Assembly: GCA_965261395.1 (NCBI GenBank)
Contig: OZ253462.1
Span: 1,280,001 to 1,344,000, forward strand
Source of the DNA: Candidatus Latescibacterota bacterium
GTDB taxonomy: Bacteria > Latescibacterota > UBA2968 > UBA8231
Direction: 5' to 3'
Length of the DNA stretch: 64,000 nt
This document shows, piece by piece, positions 39,567 through 49,475 of this stretch (the first letter of the stretch is position 1; each line of letters starts with the position of its first letter). Below the pieces are notes generated by a model that saw nothing but the letters and a program-made list of their open reading frames with translations, searched no databases and was not told the origin of the DNA. A program made the translations under genes and the position numbers.

Positions 39567-39856
39567 GAATCCCGCTGCCTTGACGGCATCATACTGGGCA
39601 GGATCATACAACACCTTTTCGGGTGGACCACCTTCAAGACGGGAGACATCCACGTTGATACCTTTGCCGATCCGCTCGAACATGATCTCCCCTTTGCTCA
39701 ACTTCGTCGTTGATTCGTAACTGTACAGTTCCCCGGTAGGGGAAAGCCCAGAATGAGTGCTATTGCGATTTTACGGAAGTGGAGTATACTGTTTTTGCAC
39801 CGGCAAAAGCGCCGGAGCCGCCTGGCCAGCGAGGGGCGATTCTTTTCTCCCATTTC
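39567..39856 (-). pseudogene. Diverged duplicate of the 5' end of the GH5 gene (matches 45723..46013), truncated at the IS
   Basis: ~290-bp direct repeat with scattered substitutions and a 1-bp deletion (CCCCGGTAGG vs CCCCCAGTAGG). Confidence 0.9.
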
Positions 39857-40188
39857 AGATATCAGATCTTCCGCGAAAAGCTGGCATAGTAACGAGAATC
39901 CCCTGAGGGATAATAAATCCCACGTTGAAATCAAGAGTTGGGCAGACCATCTGATGAGTTGAGTCGTGACTATTACAGGTCCTGTGTCGTCACTGGCTCT
40001 GCTGAACGATTCCGCTTCCCTCGCGAATCACCAGGACCCGTAGTTGTGAGATACGCGAACTTTGTTTAGTTTGCCGCCGTAGCGGTGTTCTCGGTAGGTA
40101 GCATAGCCGCGGATGTTGAATGGGTTGAGTGGGACGGAGAGATGCCAGAAAACACCGTCCACCCTCCAGAATCCATTGAGGTCTAACT

Positions 40189-41823
40189 ATGGGCATCGAC
40201 ACCTACACAGTGAACCACTGGAACGAGGCGACGCACGTGCACGAGCCATCGATCCTTACCATAGAGCAGGACTTCACCTTCGACGCGCTCGGGTTCGTCG
40301 TGCTGCCGCAACTCCTCAGCCAGGCCGAGCTGTCCGCGTGCCGCGACAGCGGCGATGGGCTGGGCAATCTCTGCAGCGAGGCCGGTGCCGTCGGACGCTA
40401 CGTGCGCGAGCTGTGCGGCGATGGCTTTCGCCAGGACGGCCCTGCGAGGCACGTCCCTGCCGCCGCCGCAGGAGGGTACGACGAAGCCTCGCTGCCACTG
40501 GAAGGCGGGGTGCACACGCTGGACCGGGCGTACATCAACCTAGCGGGGTGGAATGGCCGCAACGCCGACGGAACTCAGCTCCCGCGGGCCGGCGGCGCCT
40601 GGGAAGAGGTCCGCATCCGGCAGTGCCAGGGGCTGGTGGTGGCCATCGCCCTCACGGACTCCGCAGAAGGCAAGTGCCCGCTGGTGGTCGTGCCCTCCTC
40701 GCACAAGAGCGGGCTGCCTGCCCCACCGCTTCCATCCTCCAGCCGCTTCGCCGAGCGCCCGGCGCTGGCGGCGGGCGACGTGCTGCTGTGCGCCGCTAGC
40801 ACGCTGCACGGGGTCTGCCCGCAGGGTGATGAGGGCGAGCTACTCGTGGTAAATTTCATCTCGCGCACGGCTCGGCCACAGGGGCCACCTGACCAGCAGG
40901 ACAAGCAGCCCCTGCCCGCATGGGCGGAAGAGCTGGGCGAGGCCGAGCAAACCGTGCTGGCGGGCGGCGACTCGCGTCGCCTGCTCCTATCGGACGGCAC
41001 TACCACCTGGCTCACCTCCGCCGACGATGCCGACGCGGCGCAGAGGGCCTCCTCTGCCCTCGAGTTCGAACGCCGAGATGATCATGCCGAGCGCTGGGCG
41101 TTTGACACCCAGGGCTTCCTGTTGGTTGAGGGCGTCATGGACGATGATTGGGTCGATGCGGCCGTGGCGGGCATCGACGCCAACCTCGACCGCCAGGTGT
41201 ACCGGGGCGTAGGCGACAAGCTTGACGGGGACGTGACGCTTGCCGACATCCCTGGGGCGCCGACGATCTCGGGCACGGGCCGGCCGGACCTGAAGGACTT
41301 GTTTCAGCTACCGGTGCCGCACAATGCGCCTTTCCTCAAAATGCTGGCGCATCCGGCCGTCATCCAGCGCCTGAACTGGATGATTGGACCAGGGTACAGG
41401 GTAACTCAGAACACGGCCCTGTGCCACGTCAAAGGCTCGAGCGGGCAGATGCTGCACTCGGGGAACGCCAACCCGACCTGCATCGGCAAGCACTACGAGA
41501 TGGTAAACGGGCGCGTGCACACGAGGTCGGGCATCAACGTCGCCTGGCAGCTCACCGACGTCGGGCCCGACGATGGCGGATTTGTCGTAGTGCCGGGCAG
41601 TCACAAATCGTGCTACCCCTTGCCGCATTCGGTGCGGGTCTGCAACGAGCGCGCGCCGATCCGCCACATTCCAATGCGTCGCGGGTCTGTTCTCTTCTTT
41701 TTAGGAGGGACGGTCTGTCACGGGGCGTACCGCTGGGAGGCTGAGTCACCGAGGCGGACAGCGCTCTTCACGTACGGGCACGACGGCCGGTGCCCTTTTG
41801 CATGGCCCTCGAGCAAACTGTGA
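40189..41823 (+). CDS. Tandem-domain phytanoyl-CoA dioxygenase (PhyH)-family Fe/2OG protein
   Basis: Two repeats of FD..GF(V/L)..; LTD....G...VVP(S/G)SHKS; HG..W..RR motif in second domain. Confidence 0.85.
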   Translation: MGIDTYTVNHWNEATHVHEPSILTIEQDFTFDALGFVVLPQLLSQAELSACRDSGDGLGNLCSEAGAVGRYVRELCGDGFRQDGPARHVPAAAAGGYDEASLPLEGGVHTLDRAYINLAGWNGRNADGTQLPRAGGAWEEVRIRQCQGLVVAIALTDSAEGKCPLVVVPSSHKSGLPAPPLPSSSRFAERPALAAGDVLLCAASTLHGVCPQGDEGELLVVNFISRTARPQGPPDQQDKQPLPAWAEELGEAEQTVLAGGDSRRLLLSDGTTTWLTSADDADAAQRASSALEFERRDDHAERWAFDTQGFLLVEGVMDDDWVDAAVAGIDANLDRQVYRGVGDKLDGDVTLADIPGAPTISGTGRPDLKDLFQLPVPHNAPFLKMLAHPAVIQRLNWMIGPGYRVTQNTALCHVKGSSGQMLHSGNANPTCIGKHYEMVNGRVHTRSGINVAWQLTDVGPDDGGFVVVPGSHKSCYPLPHSVRVCNERAPIRHIPMRRGSVLFFLGGTVCHGAYRWEAESPRRTALFTYGHDGRCPFAWPSSKL

Positions 41824-41915
41824 GCTCCTGGTGCCCAATGCCCGCGCCCGAAGCCAGATCGTGCCCGGCCCGCCGTCCTACACAGCAGTTACCGCGCCTA
41901 ACGCTGCTCCCTGTT

Positions 41916-44207
41916 ATGCAATGGTCTTGCCGACATCTGCGCTGCGCCGTGCTGGCGCTCGCTGCGGCTGCTCCGCTCAATGCCGAGGAATTGCGCTTCG
42001 ACAACGCCGCCCAATGGCGCCAGTGGACCCTGCCCCTGGGGATCGTCGAACTGACGCCCCTGGGGGTCGTCCGCCCTTTGCCGGCTCGCAAAAACATCAA
42101 TGCCGCACTCGATGCCCTAGACCATGGCGGGGGCATCCGCGGCGTCGGGTCCAACCGCGCCACTGCGGCCCTGGTCTTCGACGGCGACCCTGCGACCGGC
42201 TGGCAGCCCGCCTCGGGCGACCTGGAAGAGACGGGCTGGATCGAGGTGGATCTGGGCCGCGGCGTCCCGGCCAGCCGCGTCTCCCTGGTCTTCGACGGCG
42301 CCGCACCCCCTTTCGAGATTTTCAACCTGCTGCTGTCCACAGGGGAACAGTTCGTCGACCATGCCAGAGTCCCGGTCCCCGGCACCCTGACCTACCGCAT
42401 CGCCGAGCGCTTCGGCGCAAACAGCGCCCACCGCGTCGACTTCGCCATTCCCGCCATACCCCCGACGCCGATCCAGTTCGTGCGTCTCGAAGCGCTCAAG
42501 GCCGCGCCCGATGCGCGGCTGGTCGAAATCGAAGTGGAAGCCCTGGGCGACAACCTGGTCTCGGGCTTGCGCGAGCGGGGCGGGGACGTCGAGATCATCA
42601 TCGGCACCAACCGCACAGATTTCGAAGCCGCGACGCTGACCAATGCCCTGCGGCTGGTCGACGGCCGAATCAACACCTACTGGCGCAGCGGCCGAGTCCC
42701 GCGCGCCTCCGACGATGTCTGGGCCTGGATCATCCTGGACCTGGGCGCCGTCTACTGGGTCGACCAGGTGCACCACATCGGCCATATCGATCGCGGGCGG
42801 CATTTCAATATGAACTTCCACGAGATGATGACCTCGGACGGCTCGCTGGCCGCGGACGGCTCGCTGCGCTGGACCAAGCACTTTTCCGGCGTCCTGCCGC
42901 GGACCACCCGCAGCCAGGGCATGGTTGCGCACCGCTTCGCCCCCATCCCCACGCGCTTCGTGCGCATCCTCTTCAAGACCTGGGACGCCCAGTGTACCAC
43001 CGCATCCAGCACTAGCGCGCCCGGTTGCTACTCCAGTGGCCACACTGCGGAGATCATGGTCTTCAGCGAGGGTTTTCCGCGCGAGGTGCGCTTCCATTCC
43101 CCCATCCTCGATCTCGAGGGCCGGAAGAATGTCAATGCCCTCCGCTGGGCCGCCGATGTGCCCTCCGGCACCCGGCTCGAGCTGCGCAGCCGCTCGGGCG
43201 ACGAACTGGAGCAGCTTTTCACCTTCTACGACAAGAATCTCAAAGAAGTCACCGAAAAGAAGTGGGACAAGCTCATTCCCTCTTTCCGCGGCCCCATCGA
43301 TACTACCACTGCGCCCGGCGGCGACTGGAGTCCCTGGAGCAATATCTACGCGGCCTCCGGCCAGACCTTCCTCTCGCCCTCGCTCAGGCGCTTCGTCCAG
43401 CTCGACGCGCGTCTGGTGAGCGACTCCCCCCTGCGGGCACCCTCCCTGGACTGGGTGAGCCTGGACTTCACCGATCCCATCGCCGAACGCGTCAGCGCCG
43501 AGGTCTACCCCTTCCAGGTCGAGCCGGGCACCATGGTGACCTTTTCCTACTGGCTGCGCGCCCCTGCTACTCGCGAAGGCTTTGACCGGCTGGCCATAGA
43601 GGCCTCCACGCCCCTGCGCTTTGTCGACACCCGCCTCGATGGCGCGCCCATCGAGGTCCAGGCGCGAGAGGACAGCGCCGGCTTCCGTTTGCAGTTCCCC
43701 CGCCGGGTGCAGAGCGGCGAACTGGTGGAGATGCGCTTTGAGGCCGCCGCTTTCCTGCAGGCCACGCGTTTTGACCTCTTTCTCGAAGACAGCCGGCTGG
43801 GCCCGGACGTGCGCCAGCGGGTCGAACCGGGTGACGCCAACCCACAGGTCGAAAGCAGTACCAATATCATCGAGTTGCCCCTGGACCGCGCTCTCTTCGC
43901 CCATCTCTCCGTGTACCCCAGAGTGCTCACACCCAATGGCGACGGCATAGGTGACCGCCTCTTCATCAGCCTGAACCTGATCAACGTGCTGGAGCACAGA
44001 CCGCTGAAACTGGAGCTTTTCGACCTGGCCAGCCGCCGGGTGCGCCAGATCTCGGCACGAGCGCTGGCCGGCGCCCAGGAACTGGTCTGGGACGGGCGAG
44101 ACCAATCGGGCGACCTGGTGCCGCCCGGCCACTACTTTCTACGGCTCAAAGTGGAAAGCGACGCCCGCAGCCAGAGCGTCAGCCGAATGGTGTCGATCGT
44201 CTATTGA
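41916..44207 (+). CDS. Secreted FlgD-Ig-tailed family protein with two discoidin-like domains (~763 aa)
   Basis: Signal peptide from ATG 41916; QWRQWTLP, FDGDPATGW..IEVDLGR, LDLGAVYWVD, SFRGPIDT..DWSPWS, TPNGDGIGD. Confidence 0.85.
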   Translation: MQWSCRHLRCAVLALAAAAPLNAEELRFDNAAQWRQWTLPLGIVELTPLGVVRPLPARKNINAALDALDHGGGIRGVGSNRATAALVFDGDPATGWQPASGDLEETGWIEVDLGRGVPASRVSLVFDGAAPPFEIFNLLLSTGEQFVDHARVPVPGTLTYRIAERFGANSAHRVDFAIPAIPPTPIQFVRLEALKAAPDARLVEIEVEALGDNLVSGLRERGGDVEIIIGTNRTDFEAATLTNALRLVDGRINTYWRSGRVPRASDDVWAWIILDLGAVYWVDQVHHIGHIDRGRHFNMNFHEMMTSDGSLAADGSLRWTKHFSGVLPRTTRSQGMVAHRFAPIPTRFVRILFKTWDAQCTTASSTSAPGCYSSGHTAEIMVFSEGFPREVRFHSPILDLEGRKNVNALRWAADVPSGTRLELRSRSGDELEQLFTFYDKNLKEVTEKKWDKLIPSFRGPIDTTTAPGGDWSPWSNIYAASGQTFLSPSLRRFVQLDARLVSDSPLRAPSLDWVSLDFTDPIAERVSAEVYPFQVEPGTMVTFSYWLRAPATREGFDRLAIEASTPLRFVDTRLDGAPIEVQAREDSAGFRLQFPRRVQSGELVEMRFEAAAFLQATRFDLFLEDSRLGPDVRQRVEPGDANPQVESSTNIIELPLDRALFAHLSVYPRVLTPNGDGIGDRLFISLNLINVLEHRPLKLELFDLASRRVRQISARALAGAQELVWDGRDQSGDLVPPGHYFLRLKVESDARSQSVSRMVSIVY

Positions 44208-44414
44208 AATCCCGGCGGGACGTTGGGAATCTGTCCCGCAGCACTCACCCGCGGGCAACACGGGGATCTTCCTGCTCGATCGGAACGGCGTCGCGCCGGT
44301 GTTCGCGCTGCCGAGCCAAGGCTTCACTGTTACTTATTGAATCCATGATCAATCTCGGGAATCAGGAGGCGTTGCGGGTTGCATCGAATCCGTCACTTTT
44401 CCGAGTGCTGCTAC

Positions 44415-46010
44415 CTATTCCCGATAGCCGTGCAGTGCAATTCGATCCAGCAGGATAACCTGGTCTCTGTCGCCAAACAGGAACGCCACCCGGACATCTC
44501 TTATATCCCCGCCGGTATGCTTGTACTCAATCGTATATTCCCTTTTTGCGTTCGAGATTGTCACCGGCGTGGATGTCCAAAACCCATCGCTCGAACCGGA
44601 GACGTCGGCCAATCGCACCTTGAGAGTTCCCATCCCACCCACGGACTTGGCCAGGAAGGATATTTTATAAAGCCTTCCCTTTCTCAGGGAGATCAGGTAC
44701 CTACCCGGAGGACTCCACTCTCTCTTGGAGGTTTCCTGATAGATTTCGGCACGGTCCGATTTTTTGATTTCCACTTTGAGTGCAGCTAGGCCGCTCAGGC
44801 CTGCACTCCTTGCCACGGACGTCTGCACGGACCCTTCGCCGGTCCAGTGATCGGTTCCGCTGCTGAACTCCGAATTGATGAGTGGCGACATAGGCGGGGG
44901 CGGGGGGGCCGTGACTTCCGTAAGAATATCAAGTGCGTTCTGGTTCCAACCGTCCTCAGTATTGAGAATGTTGAAGGCCCATTGGTTGTTGAAACCTGCA
45001 CAATAATACATCCAGCCGATGTTGTGTTTCTTGCATTCGTCGGCTACAAACCCAATATAGGCCTTGAAGTCTTCAACCGTATGGCAGGGCGGCACCCAGG
45101 CACCCCATTCGCTCAGAAGCAGAGGCTTCCTCCATTTCTTCGACCATGCCACCGAGTGTGACATCTGCTCTCTCACTTCATCCTTCCACCCAGGAACTTC
45201 GTCTAGCCCCGAGGTCCCATGCGTGAACTTGTGAGGTTGATACATGTGGAAGAGGCCGATGATATTGGTGTCGTCCTCAAACCCTGAGCCGTCTTCCAGC
45301 CTGTACGTCAGATATTCCGGTGTGACGAATTCCTCGAGTTCACGACCCCCGTTAAAGCCAGGTCCGCCGATTCCGAGCGTGCGGTCTGGGTTGGTCTTCC
45401 TGATGATGGGGATCGCCGCGTTGAGGTATTCCATAACGGTCTTGCCGTCCTTTATCCCCTGAATCCCTCCCGGTTCCACTATCAGCCCCGCCGGTTCGTT
45501 CCAAAGTTCAAAGACAAGGCTGCCGGGATAGTCCTTGTAGTACTTCGCAATTCTATCCCAAATTGCGACAAACTCCTGTATGCCCTCTTTCGGCTTTGAT
45601 GCCCATTGACCGCTCCCCCACAAGCAGATCACGACAGCAAGGTCTCGGTCAAACGCGTCCTGTATCCTGGTTTTGTAGATAGCAGGATCTTCCCCAGCGC
45701 CAACGAAGAAGCGAATGCTTTGGAATCCCGCTGCCTTGACGGCATCATATTGGGCAGGATCATACAACACCTTTTCGGGTGGACCACCTTCAAGACGGGA
45801 GACATCCACGTTGATACCTTTGCCGATCCGCTCGAGCATGATCTCCCCTTTGCTCAACTTCGTCGTTGATTCGTAACTGTACAGTTCCCCCAGTAGGGGA
45901 AAGCCCAGAATGAGCGCTATTGCGATTTTACGGAAGCGGAGTATGCTGTTTTTGCACCGGCAAAAGCGCCGGGGCCGCCAGGTCAGTGAGGGGCGATTCT
46001 TTTCTTCCAT
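44415..46010 (-). CDS. Glycoside hydrolase family 5 with C-terminal CBM4/9-like domain
   Basis: AAGFQSIR, FELWNEP (acid/base), FHMY.P..FTH, LSEWG (nucleophile); start 46010 or 45839. Confidence 0.88.
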   Translation of the reverse strand: MEEKNRPSLTWRPRRFCRCKNSILRFRKIAIALILGFPLLGELYSYESTTKLSKGEIMLERIGKGINVDVSRLEGGPPEKVLYDPAQYDAVKAAGFQSIRFFVGAGEDPAIYKTRIQDAFDRDLAVVICLWGSGQWASKPKEGIQEFVAIWDRIAKYYKDYPGSLVFELWNEPAGLIVEPGGIQGIKDGKTVMEYLNAAIPIIRKTNPDRTLGIGGPGFNGGRELEEFVTPEYLTYRLEDGSGFEDDTNIIGLFHMYQPHKFTHGTSGLDEVPGWKDEVREQMSHSVAWSKKWRKPLLLSEWGAWVPPCHTVEDFKAYIGFVADECKKHNIGWMYYCAGFNNQWAFNILNTEDGWNQNALDILTEVTAPPPPPMSPLINSEFSSGTDHWTGEGSVQTSVARSAGLSGLAALKVEIKKSDRAEIYQETSKREWSPPGRYLISLRKGRLYKISFLAKSVGGMGTLKVRLADVSGSSDGFWTSTPVTISNAKREYTIEYKHTGGDIRDVRVAFLFGDRDQVILLDRIALHGYRE

Positions 46011-46168
46011 TTCCTCTAACGGTTTGCCCGTTGACGACCCCGTGTGATCATGAGATGTGCTCCAATTTGCGTCCATTTCGTCCACCACCTGCACCGCTAT
46101 AACCCAGTCGTTTTTGTCGGGAATGGGAAAGTCGGCGAGGGGAGCGTGCCCGGTCTGATATTCCCCGT

Positions 46169-48319
46169 TCAGTATGCTACAGCGACGGACTGCAGGCGGA
46201 TCTCACTGCCCTTATCCGTCTCTACTTCCACCCGCGCCAGATAGATGCCAGGGCCGACCAGCTGTCCGGCTCCATCCCGACCGTCCCAGCGGGCCGTATG
46301 GCGCCCCGCGGCCTGAGCCTCTGGCTGCGCCTGCCATACCCGCCGTCCGTCCAGGGCATAGATGCCGACCTTTACCTCGGACGCCTGCTGCACCCGGAAC
46401 AAGGTATACTGGATGGATAACTGGTCGTTGACGCCGTCCCCCTGAGGGGTAAAAGCGCGGCTCCCCACCTCGAGATCCCCCAGAACTCCCCTTGCCGAGG
46501 AGGCCGACGCCACCACCACCAGCTGGTTGGAACCAAGCTCCTCGCTGACATCACCGCCTTCGACCCGCTGCAACAAGCTCTGTTCCCCGCGGTTGAAGAC
46601 CTCCCCTCCGAACTCGCCGGCCTCGTCGTAGAGCACCGTTTCCAGCCCAATGCGCAGCCGCTGATCGCCCTCCGGACTCAAGCGGCGGGGCAAAAATACA
46701 ACAAAACCGCTTTCCTCGTTCACGATGCTGTCCGGTTCCACGGCGCCCAGGGGCTCACCTATCTCCAGCCAGCCGAACTCCGCTTCCGCCGGCGTCATGA
46801 CCCGCACGACGTCGAAGCCGGTGCGATCCGCGCTGGAAAATTCAACGCCAATATCGTATACGAACGACTTTTTCTCGCCCGCCGGCACGCGCACTCGCCC
46901 GCCCTGCGGCTGGTGATCTTCCTCCAGGACCACCTCGCCCACGACCCGATCCGCCAACAGCGGCGCGATCTCGATCTGCAGCGAATCCAGCCGGGCAAAG
47001 TCAAAGAACGCATCCGTCTCCAGCTGCACCCGCAGCTGAAAGTAGCGCCCCCACGGCAGGCGCGGGTGCTGTCCCGACTCCTCGAGTGGCACCGACCAGA
47101 AACTCCAGTTTTTCAGATCCTCGACCACCGGCCCTCGGAATCCCACCGCCGGCACCGTGGTGCCGCGCGCCTCCAGTCTAGATATGGAACTGATCAAGGT
47201 CGCCCTCGGCACGGAGGAAGTCAGCCGTTCCCACTGTTTCTTGGTCACCTCCACGTGGGCTCCCAGATCGTCAAAGCCGAAGTAGGCCGTCGGAGTGCCG
47301 TCGCGACCCGTCCTGATCTCCACCTGGACGCGAACCGGACCGTCCTCGAGGGCGACCAACTGCTCCCCGTCCTTGCGCCACTTGCTCACCTCGAAGACCA
47401 CTCGCCCGAAGTTGACCTCCCGCCCCAGGTCCACTATCTGCGACTCCCAGGTCGCCGTAGGCGCAAAACCCCGGCCGTAGACCTCCATCTCCGCATAAGC
47501 CGACTGGACGACGATCGGCTGATCGTCCAAAGTGACTCCGTCGGGGACTTCCAGCAGGCGCAAATAGCGCAAATTCTGCAGCGGGAAGCGGACCTCGGTG
47601 ACGCTGTCGCGGTTGGCTTCGCGGTAGGCTAGCTGATTTTCCAGCGGGCAGCAGAAGCCCGCCCCGCGCCATCTGAAGCCCCGCTCCATCTCCTCTTCCA
47701 TTATACCTCCCTCGTCCTGGCGGGCTGTCAGGCTGAATGATTTGAGGACATAGTTGGGACGAAAGGGCTGGTCGCTGTCGGGGTTCACCCCCTCGGGAGG
47801 GTAGAACACAAAGCGCTCCACCGGCACCTGCGCGCCCATATCTATCGTGTAATAGAAAGACGACCCCGATGGTGGGCGGCTGCGCCGGTCGGCGACCTCG
47901 TCCCTGCGCTCGACGTAGGTGGCGGGATCGCCGTCGACGAAGACGAGGAGGTCGGCCTGGTACAAAATGCCATAATTCCCCAGGTTCTCGTCGCGGCTCT
48001 TCAATAGAAAGTTGCCCTGTCCCAGCCACAAACGCGGATGACCCGAGTGGTAAACCGGGTCGAAGGTGAACCTGAAGGGCTGCCAGGGTCCCAACCGAGG
48101 CAAGAGGTTCTCGTCCGGCTTGAGTTCGAAAGGCTGGAGCGCCCCGGCGGCGGTCGAGTCGTCCGTCATCAGGCTGAAATCCGCTACTTCCGTCCAGGAA
48201 ACGCCGCCCTCTCCTCCGAGCCGCCACCAATTTTCTTGGGCCGCCCCATGGCTGCAAAACCCTGCAATCCCACACAGCACGGCAAAGGCCAAAATCGCCA
48301 CTTTCGCGTTTATGCGCAC
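46169..48319 (-). CDS. Secreted FlgD-Ig-tailed family protein (~716 aa)
   Basis: GTG start with GAGG RBS; VDGDPAT..IDMGAQVPVERFVFYP, EMEVYGRGF, WSFWS, FTPQGDGVND, WDGRD. Confidence 0.85.
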   Translation of the reverse strand: MRINAKVAILAFAVLCGIAGFCSHGAAQENWWRLGGEGGVSWTEVADFSLMTDDSTAAGALQPFELKPDENLLPRLGPWQPFRFTFDPVYHSGHPRLWLGQGNFLLKSRDENLGNYGILYQADLLVFVDGDPATYVERRDEVADRRSRPPSGSSFYYTIDMGAQVPVERFVFYPPEGVNPDSDQPFRPNYVLKSFSLTARQDEGGIMEEEMERGFRWRGAGFCCPLENQLAYREANRDSVTEVRFPLQNLRYLRLLEVPDGVTLDDQPIVVQSAYAEMEVYGRGFAPTATWESQIVDLGREVNFGRVVFEVSKWRKDGEQLVALEDGPVRVQVEIRTGRDGTPTAYFGFDDLGAHVEVTKKQWERLTSSVPRATLISSISRLEARGTTVPAVGFRGPVVEDLKNWSFWSVPLEESGQHPRLPWGRYFQLRVQLETDAFFDFARLDSLQIEIAPLLADRVVGEVVLEEDHQPQGGRVRVPAGEKKSFVYDIGVEFSSADRTGFDVVRVMTPAEAEFGWLEIGEPLGAVEPDSIVNEESGFVVFLPRRLSPEGDQRLRIGLETVLYDEAGEFGGEVFNRGEQSLLQRVEGGDVSEELGSNQLVVVASASSARGVLGDLEVGSRAFTPQGDGVNDQLSIQYTLFRVQQASEVKVGIYALDGRRVWQAQPEAQAAGRHTARWDGRDGAGQLVGPGIYLARVEVETDKGSEIRLQSVAVAY

Positions 48320-48326
48320 CCGAACC

Positions 48327-49322
48327 TCAGGAATCCACAAGGCTTTTTAATCCACTTTCCAAGTCATCCAGCCATTGCGGCGTTTTGGGGTGAAAGGCTC
48401 CCAACACTTCCCAGAACCAGCACAAACCGGCGCCCATGGTGGCTTGTCTGACTTTAAGGTACGTCTCATCTGGTTCTATCCGCACTCCACCTGCCTCCGC
48501 ATACCCAGACCAAAACTCCTGCGGATAGTGATCGCGGCCATAAATTTCTTGAGGTTCTCGGGTAAACTCTGCTGCGACATGCAGTTGTTCATGTAGAAGG
48601 TCGCCAGTCGCTCCGTTCTCAAAATCGTAAATGCCGACTATATGGCCATCATCATCAACCAAAAGATTGTGTATAGTTGCATCTCCCCATAGAAGCCCTT
48701 GAGGACTCGGATTCGGCACGACATCAATCTTGTCCAGAAGATCTTCGATAATGGGCAACTTGGCTTGACAATCCTCTGGCAGGTCGGCTACCAAGTCCTG
48801 ATTGTAAAGGAGCTTTCTCCGTATGTCTTCTCGCCATTGGGTCACATCCTGCACGGGCAGAAGACCGTCGGATACTCTCTGTTCATTGATGGCAGCGACC
48901 ACTGAGCCAAATTCTTTGAGCAGGCGACACCGCCGATCATCGCTAGTACTGGGCATCTCGAAAAAGTCTCGTCCTTGAGTACCGGGGAGCAGACTAGAAA
49001 TCAGATAAGGATATCCGAACGCATCGGTGTCCTCGCATAATACACTGATCTCCGGGACGGGCAGAGTGGTTGTATCGCGTAACAATGCGGTAATATTGAA
49101 ATCGACCGCTAGCGAGAAGGCTTTTCGATACTTGATCTTGATCACATAGCTGCCGTCGCAACACACTGCCTTGTAGACACAGTTGGTTGGATTTGCTTCA
49201 AGTTCAGTCCATTCGATAACCGAGCCTAGCCCCTGTCTATCAAAAGCCACTGCTCCCTGCTCAGCAGTAAAGGTCGGCTTTGCCTTGGAGGCTTCTATAA
49301 ATGCTTGCTTGCTGATCGCCAA
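48327..49322 (-). CDS. Aminoglycoside phosphotransferase/choline kinase-like protein
   Basis: LPVPEI..PYLISSLLPG, WGDATIHNLLV..GIYDFE. Confidence 0.8.
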   Translation of the reverse strand: MAISKQAFIEASKAKPTFTAEQGAVAFDRQGLGSVIEWTELEANPTNCVYKAVCCDGSYVIKIKYRKAFSLAVDFNITALLRDTTTLPVPEISVLCEDTDAFGYPYLISSLLPGTQGRDFFEMPSTSDDRRCRLLKEFGSVVAAINEQRVSDGLLPVQDVTQWREDIRRKLLYNQDLVADLPEDCQAKLPIIEDLLDKIDVVPNPSPQGLLWGDATIHNLLVDDDGHIVGIYDFENGATGDLLHEQLHVAAEFTREPQEIYGRDHYPQEFWSGYAEAGGVRIEPDETYLKVRQATMGAGLCWFWEVLGAFHPKTPQWLDDLESGLKSLVDS

Positions 49323-49389
49323 ATCTACGCTCTGATATACTGTAACTTTCTTGATGTGCTAACTGATGTGCACAAGGATCTCATTTTTC

Positions 49390-49475
49390 GCGTAACGGTT
49401 GGTGCACTTGTGAACTTGCTGCAAGCAAGTTAGGTCGAGGGGCGCAGGCCCGAGCCACAAGTGCTGCTGTAAGAC
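49390..49475 (-). other. Degenerate integron attC site (attC3)
   Basis: Minus strand GTCTTAC..GCACTTGTG...AACTTGCTTGCAGCAAGTT.CACAAGTGC..GTTACGC; same layout as attC1/2, R'' degenerate. Confidence 0.65.

Noticed and set aside
42117-44132. 671-aa antisense ORF and the many other overlapping ORFs in the track
   Set aside because: Shadow frames of GC-rich genes; the opposite strand carries the family motifs
46011-46045. GTTAGAGG core immediately before the GH5 start, suggesting GH5 is a cassette
   Set aside because: No upstream R''/L arms and no attC after the gene; may be chance or a remnant
48327-49322. Antibiotic resistance gene
   Set aside because: Only the general APH/choline-kinase fold is recognisable; substrate cannot be inferred
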